The notes under the pieces: generated by a model | What the model was told of the DNA's origin: nothing | The model's input: only the letters and a program-made list of their open reading frames with translations | Database searches by the model: none | Program-made: the position numbers and the translations under genes | From: Penicillus capitatus | Taxonomy: Eukaryota > Plantae > Chlorophyta | Assembly (NCBI GenBank): GCA_965649825.1 | Contig: OZ287694.1 | Coordinates: 1,487,197 to 1,551,196 of the forward strand | DNA length: 64,000 nt | Reading direction: 5' to 3' | Part shown: positions 36,560-49,693 of the stretch, piece by piece | Position numbering within the stretch: the first letter of the stretch is position 1 | Layout of the letters: the number at the start of each line of letters is the position of its first letter

Positions 36560-37900
36560 CTATATTACCTGACCATTAACGTTAGATAGTCTTTGTGAAT
36601 GATACGTCCTCATCGTTAACTCGTTTTCGCGTGTTTCTGCGCAACTCGAGCGGCGGGGCCGCGACAGGACTAATAAGGCACGTGTGCAGGTTCTGCGACT
36701 ACTGTATAAGAGTTGTTGACAGGTGCCACTGTCGAATTTGACGAATCTGTTGTGATCTTTGGTAACATGTAACGGCATATTTTTGCTGTCGATATGTGAC
36801 GGTGTCGCGCAACTAAGAGACGCCATTGCTGCTGACGGAGTTGATGAGTTTGATGCTATAACGAGGATCCAGACTGCACGCGCATACACAGGCGGGTCAT
36901 TTCAGTCTGTCGAGTTGGTCACGTAATACGCTGCTGTCGTCGCTTCCTCCCAAGTCGCATCAGAAATGACGAGATCGCAGAGGATAACTGAAGAGGATTG
37001 AAAAGTTAAGTACATTCTCTTTGTGACGTGATTCTACGGCTTACAAACGTCCGTCCATGACGACGTGATTGATCATGATGTCAGCATGTGACCTATCTGT
37101 GTGATCTACTATGAAGATACCAGGCTTGCGATTCTATTATAACATGGGCCTTTCTTTTTGCAACAGTGCCAGAGTCTGCAAGAATTCCTTGGAAAGGCTC
37201 CATTTCGTAACATGAGAACGTCGAATCGTTCCTGTTTGGTTCCCATCGGTATTGTGAAGAGATGAAAAGAAACTGCAAATCTGCGAGACTCTATTGTTCT
37301 TTGTTTGCCTGTTAATGTCTGCTTGCGTTAATAGACATCTGATAAGACGAACTCGTTTTAAATCTTTGTCCAATTGATCGCGCAAATACGCATGAAGCTT
37401 TCGCGACTGAAGATAGCCAGTCATCCACAGGCTTTACTGATGATGACAAACGGTGAAGATCACGACAATACTCGTGTCCATACTTTAACGACTGCCGGCA
37501 TTTCTTCATCCGTCACTGTCGCGTGCCTCTAAGCAGTATTGAACACTAATGCAAGGCACACGGTCATTTAAACAGCTTCCCATCTATATCGCATCTCTGC
37601 CATGGCAAACCTGAAGCTCCTTGAATAGCAATGTGCGTTCGCACGGTGACTCCTGTGGACTTCTCATGAAGGATGATATGTGTCCGAGTAGATGTCAATG
37701 GCAATGCCGTTGACGCGACAGCAACTCGTACTGCTCTTCGCGACAACCGATCGACTTGCCCCTCGATCTCTGTCGGTTCTAAGCCTTCGTGACATTGCCG
37801 TCGAGGCGAAACCCTTCGATCGGAGTCCACACATAGCAGCGACATTTGATTCTCCGGTATTCTGAGAACACGAGAATCAGCCATCCACTATAGAAGGCAG
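36560..37900 (-). pseudogene. Unidentified coding-like region, paralog of 13700-14800
   Basis: ORFs 37564-37884, 37093-37278 and 36560-36889 share peptide blocks with the first copy. Confidence 0.3.
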
Positions 37901-38112
37901 TTTATCACCTGTGAGACGACAAAAAAACATCGATACATCGGCGTTTAATGGAGTTCGCCCAACAAGAAGGTTTATATTGCTTAATGTGCTTAAGATAATG
38001 ACGAATAAATAAACGCCGTATTGCCGGCTATTGTCATCGACGAAAGGCGTTCGTGTTTTCCGTGCTCGACGATAGATTCTTTTTCCGATAACGCAGCAGA
38101 CAAGAAGACAGA

Positions 38113-40777
38113 ATGTCTTCGGCGCGCCAAGAAATTACGGTTGAAGCGGAAGGATTTCTGCCTATGAAAGACGTAAATTCGTTGAATGCATCTTCCTCTC
38201 AGCAACAGGACGATTCACAACGTCGAGTGTCGACATCGTCGACGGAATCCGAAGAAGAAGAGCAGCAAGAGATGACGATGAATGGTGACTAAACAGCCCT
38301 CGCCGTTCTCCATTCGCCGCCACTGAATTGAGGGTTGCGTGCTGCCGCAGATGATAACGACTCCGTCTCCGGCGCAACGAGAAGACTGTTTTGTGAGCCT
38401 CCGACGGAGTGGACACTAGAGAGCACCATGCGGTAAACACCATTTCATCTTCTACGTGGTTGCTTCATCGTCGCGCAAACTGGACAGACTCATTTCCGAA
38501 CACGGGACTCTCATCGTCGATGCTGTTGATGCAGAAGGAACGCCGATCTTCTGGAGTGCCGTGGAACAAGACCGCTTTGACTGCGCAAATACGCTCCTAG
38601 ATTATGCAAAGAGTAAAGGAGTACCTGTGACATTCAAATTCGGAAACAATAATCTTTTGCGCTGGGCTATCGCCAAAGGTTCCGATCTCCGTGTCGAGTT
38701 TGTTCTGGACAAACTCATGAGAAAGTATGCGACAGTGCCAGAGACAATCAAACTGTTAGAATCAAATCTTACAAAGATCATTGATAACTTCCCAAAGCTC
38801 ATACGCCGTTTTTTTAAAGAGGATGAGTTCGCCATTGAGTATGCCAGGTTTGAAGTGCCAAAGGCTCTGTTCGGCAGAAACGGAAAAGCTCGAGTCGGGA
38901 TGTACGTTTATGCGGAACAGAATCCTGAAAACTGGCAGGCCATGGACAGTACTGTGGCAAAAAGACTCTGGATCCAGAATAGTAGGTACAGTAAGAAACT
39001 GGAGGACACTACGGGTCAACAGATCAAAGTAGTCGCAAAATTCTGGTGCATCAGTCCTGGAAGTCTCTTCACCGTTTACGGAAGGAAGTATGTCTATCAT
39101 GAGTGGTAGCGTTCGACTAAATCGAGTGCTTTGGCGCAGCCTGCGAGAATCTGGTTTGGTGCGTTTTCATCTTCTCGGCGTGACAGACGTTGCAGACCTT
39201 TTCAAATCGACAACGGTCAGAATCTACGTTGACTGGGCATTCAGATTTTGCCACAACATGTATTTTCTGGGCGTCTTGCTGGATGTCGTCGTCGCTCTGA
39301 CGTTCACAAGCTTTTCCATCCTGTACAGAAACCAACATGACGATGACATGTCAATCCATCGTGGAGTTGCGATAGCACTCATAGCAGTGCCGTGCCTTGC
39401 GAATCTGTCGGGAATCTTCTGCTCTTTCTCGGCGCTCAGGTGTGGTGCTCCAATGATCATACTCATCTGTCCTTCTCATGTTTGCATGCAGGATCGTAAT
39501 GTTCATCATCAACCTTGTGCTCTTCATGCACACATGCATCACTGACCATCATACTGCCTTTTTTGCTTTCACGGCATCTGTTGGATGCATCCTCTGCTGG
39601 GTCGTGGTAAGATACATTACATCTTTTGTCGTACTCTCTGTATTAATGCGATTTCTCGTTTGTGGCTTAGTTCTTTCGAACTCTTCGTCCCTATGGTCGA
39701 TTGGGACCTGTCGTTTCGATGGTGGGCTATGCAGTGATCGACTCCTTACCGTTTGCGATGATGGGCTTCTTGCTGATGCTTGGATACTCGGCAGCATTCG
39801 TAGTTCTTTTTGACGATGAATTTGCTCATGACGACGGCGACAACTTCGATACCCTTTTACATGCGATACAAACGTTGTTTCTTGTCGGGCTTGGAAGCTT
39901 CGAAACTGATGTAGGTTCTACACAAACGGAATTCTTGACATCGCCCACTGAGGTTTTTTGACGTAGATGCTTCGGCCTTCCGATAACTTTCTGGCAATCT
40001 GGAGGGCCCTCCTGTTTAACTCCTTTTTCTACACAGGACCGATCGTACTCGTGAGTCTGCTTGTTTCTATCTTGACTGATACCCATGACAGAGTTCGATC
40101 AGAAGAGAGTGTAGAACAGTCGATGTACCGACTACAAGCATTACTTGATTGTATTTTATCTCGCGCATTTGCTAAATGGTAAGACAGTTCAGATTGGCCG
40201 AAATGCCGAATGATGTTGCCGGATGTGGTTTCGTCTGCAGGTGTCTAGCGCCTACTTTCCGTCGTAGGCCCATTTCATGGACAAAAGACTTCGTGCGATG
40301 GTTGATAGTTGACGGATCAAAAGCGTTTCGCGTGCCCGAGAGAGACTATTTTCATTATCTGATTCCTGAAGCCGCTGAAGAAGAGTCTTCTGACGGAGTG
40401 TGGCATGGTAAACTCATCGCACTCGCAAGAACGTTCAAGTCCGAAGCAAGAGAGAACAAGAAAGCTCTTGAAGGTTAATATATTACCTAAAGCCAATTGC
40501 TTGTCAATTGATGGTGTGTCCTTCAGAAATCTGTAAGAAAACAACGAACGAATCTGTTGAAGTAATCAACAGAATGAGAAATCTGGAAGAGGCAGCGAAT
40601 ACAGCAGTGAACAGATTGCTGCATGAGATAGAGATGTTGTCAAACAAAACGACCAAGCCGGAAGAGAGCGTTGGCGAAATGAAAATGATGTCAGATAGAA
40701 TGAAAAACATAGAAGAGAGCGTGGGAGGCGTAAAAACCGCTGTTGACCAAATTCTTCAGAAGTTCGCTGCAAGTTAA
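38113..40777 (+). CDS. TRP-like ankyrin/6-TM cation channel C2
   Basis: Starts MSSARQEITVEAEGFLP. Ankyrin VDAEGTPIFWSAVEQDRFDCANTLLDYA; pore AIQTLFLVGLGSFE; S6 LVSLLVSILTDTHDRV; coiled-coil end ...ILQKFAAS*. Confidence 0.82.
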
Positions 40778-41653
40778 ACCACCTTTTCTTCGAATTATCG
40801 TTGAGAGTCTGCACGAATCTGCCTTGTTACGACATCTCTCTCACTTTTTGTTTTTCTTCGCCGAACGGCCTTGTTTTTAGAGGGAAGTTGTTTCTGGCAT
40901 GTCTAATGGCATTTTTGCATCATGCGTACTGCGCCTTGCCGATGAGGACATCAGAAGAGCTTTCCCTTAGGATTTTACTGCGACTATTCATTTCTTGTTT
41001 CTTGAATTGTTCATAGAGGTGAGGTTCAACAAACGAATATCCGTCAACATTACCTGGGAGTGGAACGGATGAACGACACAGAATTCTAAATGACAGTCTG
41101 AATGAGTGTTGTCAGAATGAAGAGTGTGTCCTCGTGATCTCGTCGCGGATGAAATTCTTTAAGCCGATCAAGACCTGCCCGAATCCTCACAACGCTTACA
41201 AAGAGAGAAGTAGAACGTTTTGCCAGTTTGGGGATCGGGATTCTGCCATACAGAAGCGCATTCTGAACGCGTTCCTGTTGATCCTCACTAATAACCTCGT
41301 CCTCTCCTTGATCTCGAGACTTGTCGATTCTGCCAGTTCTTACAAAATGCACGTCGGAGAAGATGGTCCATCACAGGTTGAGCAGCAGATACCGATGAAT
41401 CATGATTCCGCCACTAGTGATCTCTCTGAAAGGGACACGCGACTAGCCGATAGGGGCTGTCTGAAATGCATCCCCTTGTTGTCCGGCTTGGCACAGAAAC
41501 GAAGTCGAAACGGCTTCAGTGCGCGCCACGGAGGAGGTGACCACGTTCAGGGAAAGGCCGTTGACGAGATCGGCATGGTATGAAACCGCAACTGCCGTGC
41601 AATGTCCATCATCAGCGTCCTTCGCGAATTTGTTCCGTGAAAAGACGTTTGAG

Positions 41654-44285
41654 ATGGCAGACTCGGCGGCGACGTCGCCGACCATCGACCCTGAAGACGT
41701 CGTCCGCGTCACTCCGCTCGGAGCTGGCCAGGAGGTCGGCCGCTCATGCATCCTTCTTTCCTATCGGTAAGCGCGCCGCCGAGCACGCCTTCCGTCATCG
41801 GCGTCTTCAGAGGCAAGAGAGTGATGTTTGACTGCGGGATCCATCCGGGACACGAAGGACTTGCCTCGCTACCTCTGTTTGACCACGTCGAGATGGCTTC
41901 GGTCAACCTGGCCCTCATCACCCACTTTCACCTGGACCACTGCGCGGCAGTGCCTTACCTCACGAGCCAATCCGGCTTCAACGGCCGTCTCTTCATGACC
42001 CATCCCACGAAGGCCATCTACCGCACGCTGCTTTCGGATTTCCTGAGAGTCAGTCAGAACGCAGACAGTCAGCTGTACACCGAAGTGGACCTGGAGAACA
42101 GCATGGAGAAGATCGAGGTGATCGACTTCAACCAGACCCTCGACATTGACGGCATCAAGGCACGAGAAACGGTCGAGGATGACGGCGTCGGTTCGATGTC
42201 GTGCTGCCTGTCCAGGTTCGGGCCTATCGAGCAGGACACGTCCTGGGAGCGGCGATGTTCATGGTCGACATCGACGGCCTGCGGACGCTGTACACGGGAG
42301 ACTACAGTCGCATCCCGGATCGCCATCTGCCCGGCGCCGATCTCCCCTCACTCCAGCCCAACATTGGTCTGCCTTTCTGCCACTCTTACCCTGTCATCTT
42401 CTTGGGTGCAGTGATCGTGGAGAGCACGTACGGCGTGTCCAACCATCTCCCGCGGCAGCAGCGGGAGCTCAACTTTCTGAAGAAGGTCCGGAGCATACTG
42501 GACCGCGGTGGCAACGTGCTTCTGCCCGTGGTTGCGCTCGGGAGGGCGCAGGAGATGCTGCTGATGTTGGAGGAGCACTGGGACAACAACCCCGAGCTTC
42601 AGCACGTCCCCATCTACCAGGCCTCGGGACTGGCCATGAAAGCGCTGACTGTCTACCAGACCTACATCGAGATGATGAACGAGGAGATCAAGAAGGCCTT
42701 TCAGGTCGCGTACAGCTTCCGATTAACTTCCCCTCGAGGTGACAGCTCTCTGTCCAACAGATTCGCAATCCGTTCAGCTTCAAGTATGTGCGCCACCTGA
42801 AGAGCCTGGGCGGATTCCGCGAGGGGAGGCCGTGCGTGGTGCTGGCCACTCCGTCCATGCTTCAGAGCGGCATTTCCCGCGAGCTCTTCGACATGTGGTG
42901 CGCCGATCCGAAGCACGGCGTCATTATCGCCGACTTTGCTGTCCAGGTCAGCTTCTCCACAGCTTCTTGACAGAATGTCGGACAGATATCTTTGATGCGA
43001 CGGGCAGGGGACGCTGGCGCGACAGATTCTGGAGAGTCCGACAGAGGTGTCCAACAAAGAGGGCGTCAAGCTTCCGATGCGCATGTCGGTGGACGCCATT
43101 TCGTTCTCGGCCCACGCCGACTTCGATCAGACGTCGAACTTTCTGGACTCCCTTCGACCACAGCACGTGATCCTCGTCCACGGAGAGGCGACGGAGATGT
43201 CGCGTCTGAGGAAGGCTCTGGAGCGCCAGGGGAGCAACTCAGATGTCAACTGGTCCGTCCACTCTCCCAAAGTGGCCCAGACTGTCGATGTCGTATCTCT
43301 CTCCCCGCGGCGTTTGATGATGATGTGACGTTCGCCAGGTCATTCACGAAGCATCCTGCAGCGTCCGCGTGGTCGGGGAGTTGGCAAGCAAGCCGCCGTT
43401 CGAAGGACAGATCGTGGAGGGGCTGATCGTCGAAGAAAGGGGAACAAAGCTTCTGATGAGTCCTGCTGATCTGGAGCACTTCACTGGACTCAAGCCCATA
43501 CAAATCGTTCACAAACAGGTTCTCTTATCCACTCCGTTGCACTCGACGGGATGCCATGAGGTGTCGGCAGATGATCCCGTTCTCGGGCTCGATGGAGTCC
43601 CTCAGATTTCTCCTGGAAGTTCTGTTCGAAGGAATTCAGTACGCGGAGAACGTCACAGAGAAAGCCGGCAGCACGAGCGGCACGATTTCTATCGGGAACC
43701 TCGTCCACATCTCACACGTCGAGGCGACTTCAGGTTCGCACCCCGTGCTGTCGCTGCGTCTCAAAGAGAGGCGGAGTTCTGGACAGAGGCCGAAGCACAT
43801 GTGCTGCTGGAGTGGAAGAGTGGCGAGTTGTCCGATACTCTGGCAGATGCCGTCGTCGTCACCATTCTCCAGGTCGAGTGCACATCAGGATACGTCTGCT
43901 GCACGGATCTGTCGATCTAGATGAACGATGGCGACGGCGATACAAAGTTCTGCGAGGCGGAAGAAGAGCGTCTGGCGTGTCTGAGAAAGAAGGACGTTGC
44001 CGGTGTCCGTCTGGCCGAGATCAAGATTCTGGCAAACCTGATGACGGCCCAATACGGAAACGCCGTGATCAACGAGGCGGAAGGAACGGTGACGGTCCAT
44101 GTATCCACCCTGCGCACTCTTGACTCCTATCTACGACGACTGGGTTCTGTCAGGTGAACGATGAAGATGTCGTTATCGAGGGTATGAGCGGCAAAATGGA
44201 GTGCTCGAATCCTGCGGTGCGATCGCGTATCGAACAGAGTCTGGAGAGGCTGCGTCGCGCCTTGGCTCCCATTCCTATACAGTGA
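41654..44285 (+). CDS. CPSF3: Cleavage and polyadenylation specificity factor 73-kDa endonuclease (CPSF73-I/YSH1), beta-CASP metallo-beta-lactamase
   Basis: Motifs TPLGAGQEVGRSC, DCGIHPG, ITHFHLDHCAAVPY, AGHVLGAAMF, ESTYG, ALGRAQE, MLQSGISRELF, SFSAHAD and ILVHGE. Short introns give consistent phases, and the CPSF73 C-terminal region ends ...ALAPIPIQ*. Confidence 0.96.
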
Positions 44286-44857
44286 GGAGGGATTGAGCTC
44301 AGTACCCGAAGACGTGTTGTGTTTCGTTCCACTTTCCTGAGACAGTTTCGCCGAGTACTGCTGGTTGGATGTTCTTGATGGGCTCAAATGCTTACAGAGT
44401 CCCCACTGATGGTTTCGTAGTGTATTAGAGGCTGTCAATCCTCGACAGCCATTTGCGTCCCGCACAGTCATTGGCCTCCTTGTTGAACGTTGCGCGTTTC
44501 ATGAAACACTTCAGCAGTGAAGATGCGATTCTCAGTAACGCACAAGTTGTTTCGGCGACAATGAGACCATCATTAAAGCAGGGCGGGTATCCGGCTACCC
44601 AGCACATGACCCACTGTCTCCCTTCCTTCAGCGCCTGGCCCATCCGGTCAAAGGAGATCTCTTGCTAAGAAAATGGTTTATTGCACTTCTCTCTCTCTCT
44701 GCAAGAGCGGCACAAATTCCGTAAACAGTGATCAAATTCTCATAAACAACAAGAAGAAAAGACAAAGCTTCCAGGCATTCCGTCGGCGCCGCCTTTGCCT
44801 GATTGAACATACTCAGAAACGCAATGAAATGAAAAGAAAAGCCGGCCACTGGACTGG

Positions 44858-45143
44858 CTAAGCCTTCGATCGTTTCGTCAGAGATAAAAGCTCTTCCCGT
44901 TTTGCGTGGATATCACCGATCTCTTTCTCCATCGTCTCCACGCGTCTCTCGAGGGAGGCATTCTCTCGCTCTCGGTCGGAGGACAGATTTTCTGATCGGC
45001 TTTCGGATGACCCCTCATCTCTTTGCAGATTCCCCACTCTCTTTTCGAGCGAATGAAATCGCATGCGCATTTCTTTCCTCAACGATTTCTCGAACTGCAT
45101 CATTCTGCCTTCCCAACCTGCGCTTTCCTTTTCCCCGGCATCT
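44858..45143 (-). pseudogene. Inverted 3'-terminal fragment of an additional TRP-like paralog
   Basis: DAGEKESAGWEGRMMQFEKSLRKE...LERRVETMEKEIGDI matches the 'WxGrxxAxErtIkSE' plus coiled-coil tail of the other paralogs. Confidence 0.7.
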
Positions 45144-47341
45144 CCCATGCCGTCGATGCTGAAGGAACGCCGATTTTCTGGAATGCTGTGGAACAAGACC
45201 GAGTTGACTACGCAAATATGCTTCTGGATTACGCAAAGAGCAATGAGGTACCCGTGACGTTCAAATGCGAGAATGATGATCCTTTGTCCCGGGCCATCGC
45301 CAATGGATCCGAGGCTCATGTCGAGTACATTTTAGACAAACTGACAAAAAATACGCCTCAGTGTCAGAGACAATCGAGCTCTTAAATAAACATCTGGCAG
45401 ATTATCTTTCTCAATTCCCCAAGATTGCACAGGCGTTCTTGAAGGAGAATAAGTTCGCAATGGAGTACGCCAGGTTCGAAGCGCCAAAGCATATGTTTGA
45501 CGTAAACGGAGAAACCGGAATTGGGATGCTCGACAGCTTTTGCCCGGAAAGCTGGCAGCTTGTGGAGGCAAGAAAAATAAAATTCCACTGGTTCCTCAAG
45601 AGTCAGTACAAAAAGGAATTGTGGGACCTTTACAACAGGGACTGGAAAGTCAAAGTGGTCGCAAAGTTCTCATGCATCAGTCCCGTGGAACTGTTCGACG
45701 CCTACGGAACACGGTACCTCCGCCGTCGTGTTCGACGGAATTGAGGGGTTTGCCCGCAGCCTGGGAAGCAATGAAGTGATGGGAGTTCATCTTCTTGACG
45801 CAACAAGGTTTGGAGAACTTATCAAATCGAGCGCATTCAGAATCTATATCAATCGCTTGTTTGCCTCCTTTCGCAATTTCATTGTGCTGGGTGTCTTGCT
45901 GGATGTCGTGGTCGCTGTGACCTTCACGAGCTTTGCCATCTTATACAAAGGTCAAGACAAAGATGCCGCGGAACACCGGCATTCCAATAGGATAGCACTG
46001 ATATCAATATCGTGTATTCTGAATCTGTTTGGAGTCTTCAGAACTCTGCCAATGCTGAGGTAAGGCATAACCGTCATCTTTGTTCATCTCTCCCTTCGAC
46101 GTTTGCATACAGGATCGTTGTACTCATCATCGAACTTGTGCTCCTTGTGCACGCATGCACCGCCGGCTATTGCACAATCTTCTCCGCAATCACGGCGTCT
46201 ATTGGATGCATTCTCTGCTGGGTTTTGGTATGATGCATCTAAACCTCTTTCTCGTGACTCTTCAGTAACGAGATGTCTCGTTTGTGGATCAGTTCTTTCG
46301 GACCCTTCGACCATTCGGTCGCTTAGGATCCTTAGTTTCGATGGTCGGCTATGCATTGAAGGACACACTGCCATTTGCGATGATGGGCTTCTTTCTGGTT
46401 CTCGGATATTCCGCTGCGTTCATGATCCTTTTCGACAGTGGCCTTACCGATGGCGACAGCGACAACTTCCATACCCTTCCACGTGCGCTAGAGACACTTT
46501 TCCATACTGGTCTTGGAAACTTTGAAACTGACATAAGTTTTTCTAAATAACAGCTCTTCTGTCATCATCCAGTAAAGATTTCTTTGTGCAGATGCTTCGC
46601 CCTGCTGATGGTTTACTCGAAGTCTGGAGGACCGTACTGTTCAATTCCTTCGTCTACACGGACCCATCGTGCTCATGAACTTGCTGGTTTCCATCTTGTC
46701 GGATACCCACGACAGAGTTCGGTTGAAGGAGAAAGCAGAGCAGACAATGCATCGACTGCAAGCAATATTAGACTTCGTTGCACTCAGTCAGTTTATTGAG
46801 TGGTAAATCGCTCAAAAAAAGAAAGATGAAGTGATGGTTTATGGATGTGTTTTGGTTTATAGGCTTGAATTTGATGAACTATGCAACGAGCTCGGCACTC
46901 CGTGGATATATAAGATTCTCTTCCGGGCAACATATGAAAAATACAAAGAAATGAAGGCATCCGAGGGTTACTATTTTCATTATCTGGTTCCTGAAGACAT
47001 TGAAGAAGAATCTTCTGACGAAGCGTGGCATGGTAAACTGAGCGCAATCGAAAAAACGATCAAATCTGAAGCGGGGAAGTACAAGAAAGCTCTTGGAGGT
47101 CGGATCATAACTGAATCCAAACTTCTGACAACCGACAGCGCGTTGTTCTGCAGGGATCAACCAGAGAACAACGGATGAGTTCGTTGCACTGTTCAACAGA
47201 GTGCGAAACATGGAAGAGACCGCAGACGAGACGGCAGACGAGATGAAAGCACAGTCGATCCGATTGACTAACTTGGAAGAGACCATGAACGAGATGAATG
47301 CGCTTGCTGGTCAGAAACTTAACAGATTCACCGAAACCTGA
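45144..47341 (+). pseudogene. TRP-like channel D (C-clade), 5'-truncated, with two 1-bp frameshifts
   Basis: Homology to C1/C2 starts abruptly at HAVDAEGTPIFW. Frameshifts at A6 (45346-45351) and GG (46660-46661). Pore ALETLFHTGLGNFE; the terminal exon ends ...RFTET*. Confidence 0.75.
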
Positions 47342-49693
47342 ACAATCTTCGCCCTGAAAAGGGGTTTTTGAGTTCGCATCATTCTGTTCTCCTGTATCGA
47401 GAGGCCATGTTTAAGGGGAAGTTGCATCTGACATGTCCATTGGCGTTTTCGCATCATACATGCTACGCCCAGCTGGTAATGACATGGGAATCAAGTCCCC
47501 TTGGGATTTTGTTGTGGTCATGCATTTAATTGATACCTGAATTCATCATTATGGAGATTCGAGACATAAATCTCCAGTGACATTACCTGGAAGTCGAACG
47601 AGTGAATAACACTGAATTTTGGTAATGGGCAAGAGTGTTGTCTGAAGTGCGATCTCGTCGAGGGGACTACTTCTTTAGCTGATCTAGACACGTGCGCACT
47701 CACGCAACGCTCGTGTATAGAGAAGTAGACCCTCTCGCCCTTTAAGGATCAGGATTCTGCGATACAGAACCGCATTCCAGGCGATGAGTCATCTACGATG
47801 ATACTGTCACACCTTATTGCTCAACCGCATCATCGAACGACGCATTCTGCACCCACACAAGACGACATCCGGATTGGCCGATGTTGCAAACACTACACGA
47901 AACGAAAGGAGTTGACAGCGATGTCGACCTGTACATTGAAGTCAACGATCTTTCTTCTTTGATTCAGACGACTAGTCGAGACATACACGTTAACTTTTGG
48001 GCTAGATGGCTTCGACGAGTGTAGAAACTGCAAACGGTATAGATCAAGCTCCCAGGTTACTTCTCACCTTATGGTCACGTCGCGTCAGATAAAGAGTTTG
48101 CGCTGCATCGGCGGTTCACGATTTGATTCTGTTTTGGAGCAAGGGATCATTAGAGACGAACGACCCCGAAAAAGTATGCGTATACAGCCATGCAATGCCC
48201 TGTGCATTCACAGCGTTGCTTTCTGTCGAGTGCCGACGCCGTCGATCAGGCGCCAACGAGGAGAGCTGTGGCCAAGCAATGCTTAAGATTCGCGCCATGC
48301 TGGCAATGTTTCCAAGAGGTGAACGACTGGAAATTAAGGGCATCACCGAAAGAACGCCCAAGGAGATTCGTACCTGTTGTCCAAGGGCGATTTCGTTACA
48401 CGAACACCCTCCAACCTCACGCCGTACTACACAACACGTCTCCCGCTGATGTCGCGGACTCTATACGAGAGAACCCAAGGACGTTGTGAAGGTGAAAGAA
48501 ATGCTCGCTAAACAGCTTCTTGTGCCTAGAGTGGAACGCGTGGCATCGCTTATCGATAAGGTTCGAGAGAACTATGTGCGAACGGACATACAGCATTCAA
48601 GTGTACGGTGTCGTTGGGGTATCGCTTGATGATACGGAATGGCCTTAGTGAGGCCAGTATGCTCTTTTGGCGCCAAGGTCCACTCGCTTCCTGAACACGT
48701 TCGCATGGAGACTTGCATCTGAAGGTGCATCAGAATTGGAGGAGGCAAGGTTGCGTCGACTCTCATTCGCATCGCGTTTTCTCGGTCTATGGACTGGCCG
48801 CGTTTGCAAGCTGCCTGCCAGCTTCAAATCTCTTCACGTTTTGTTGATTGAAGTCGTGAGCTTATCTCCAGTCAACGGCATTGTACAAATCTACACTAAG
48901 AGGTGCCCATGGCGCAAGAATTGTACAGCTTCAGGGTGAAATGCCACTGTCCTAGTAACGCATGCACCGCTGCGGCTAAGAAGAACTCCATGCTTTCGAG
49001 TATTTGAATTGTTAGCTTTTATCCACCATCTATGAATCACAAGTCGACAATCTCTCTAAGAATTCTCACAATATCTTCCTTGAGAGAAGGAGATAGCCTT
49101 GCTGTTTTTGCGCAAGAGTAGGCTTCCGAACAAGTTGGCGCAGGGACAAAAAAGACGATAGGTGTGCTCTAATGAATGCATCTAATCCCATCTCGAAGTC
49201 GTCGGTCGAACGTATTAGCAAACATCCACAGTCGCGTCAAGTATGGTGGGACGAGGACTGCGTATGACCTATCCCGAAACAGGAATGCCCGCGGACAAGT
49301 CGTTATCGTTATGGGCAGCCACTTCCCGAGCGCTTGCATGAAGAACTTGCCAACGCAGATCGTTTTTCTGGCAAAAGATCAGCAGCGACGTCACGAGTGT
49401 CTTCTGCTTGCAGTACTGCGAAGCTTTGCAACGTAAATTGGACGCGCTGGACTTCGACTTGGTCAGGTGTGTCTTTGAGGCTGCCTGACGTGAACGACAT
49501 ACCGGATCGTGCTTTTTGTGGATTTCGACATGCATTTGCTGTTCAAGTGATCGTGACAACCCACATTTAAGGACAGCCGAGACAGAAGCGCCCATCATTC
49601 CGCGGGCTGTACAAGCCGATTCGTTTCGTCGTTCATCTGCGCGGCGAAGCTTGTCAAGCAAAACACCGAGAAACGACGAACTGCTGCACACAC

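Noticed and set aside
43450-43470. CTGATGAG hammerhead-ribozyme-like core
   Set aside because: It lies within CPSF73 coding sequence and lacks the flanking stems and GAAA arrangement.
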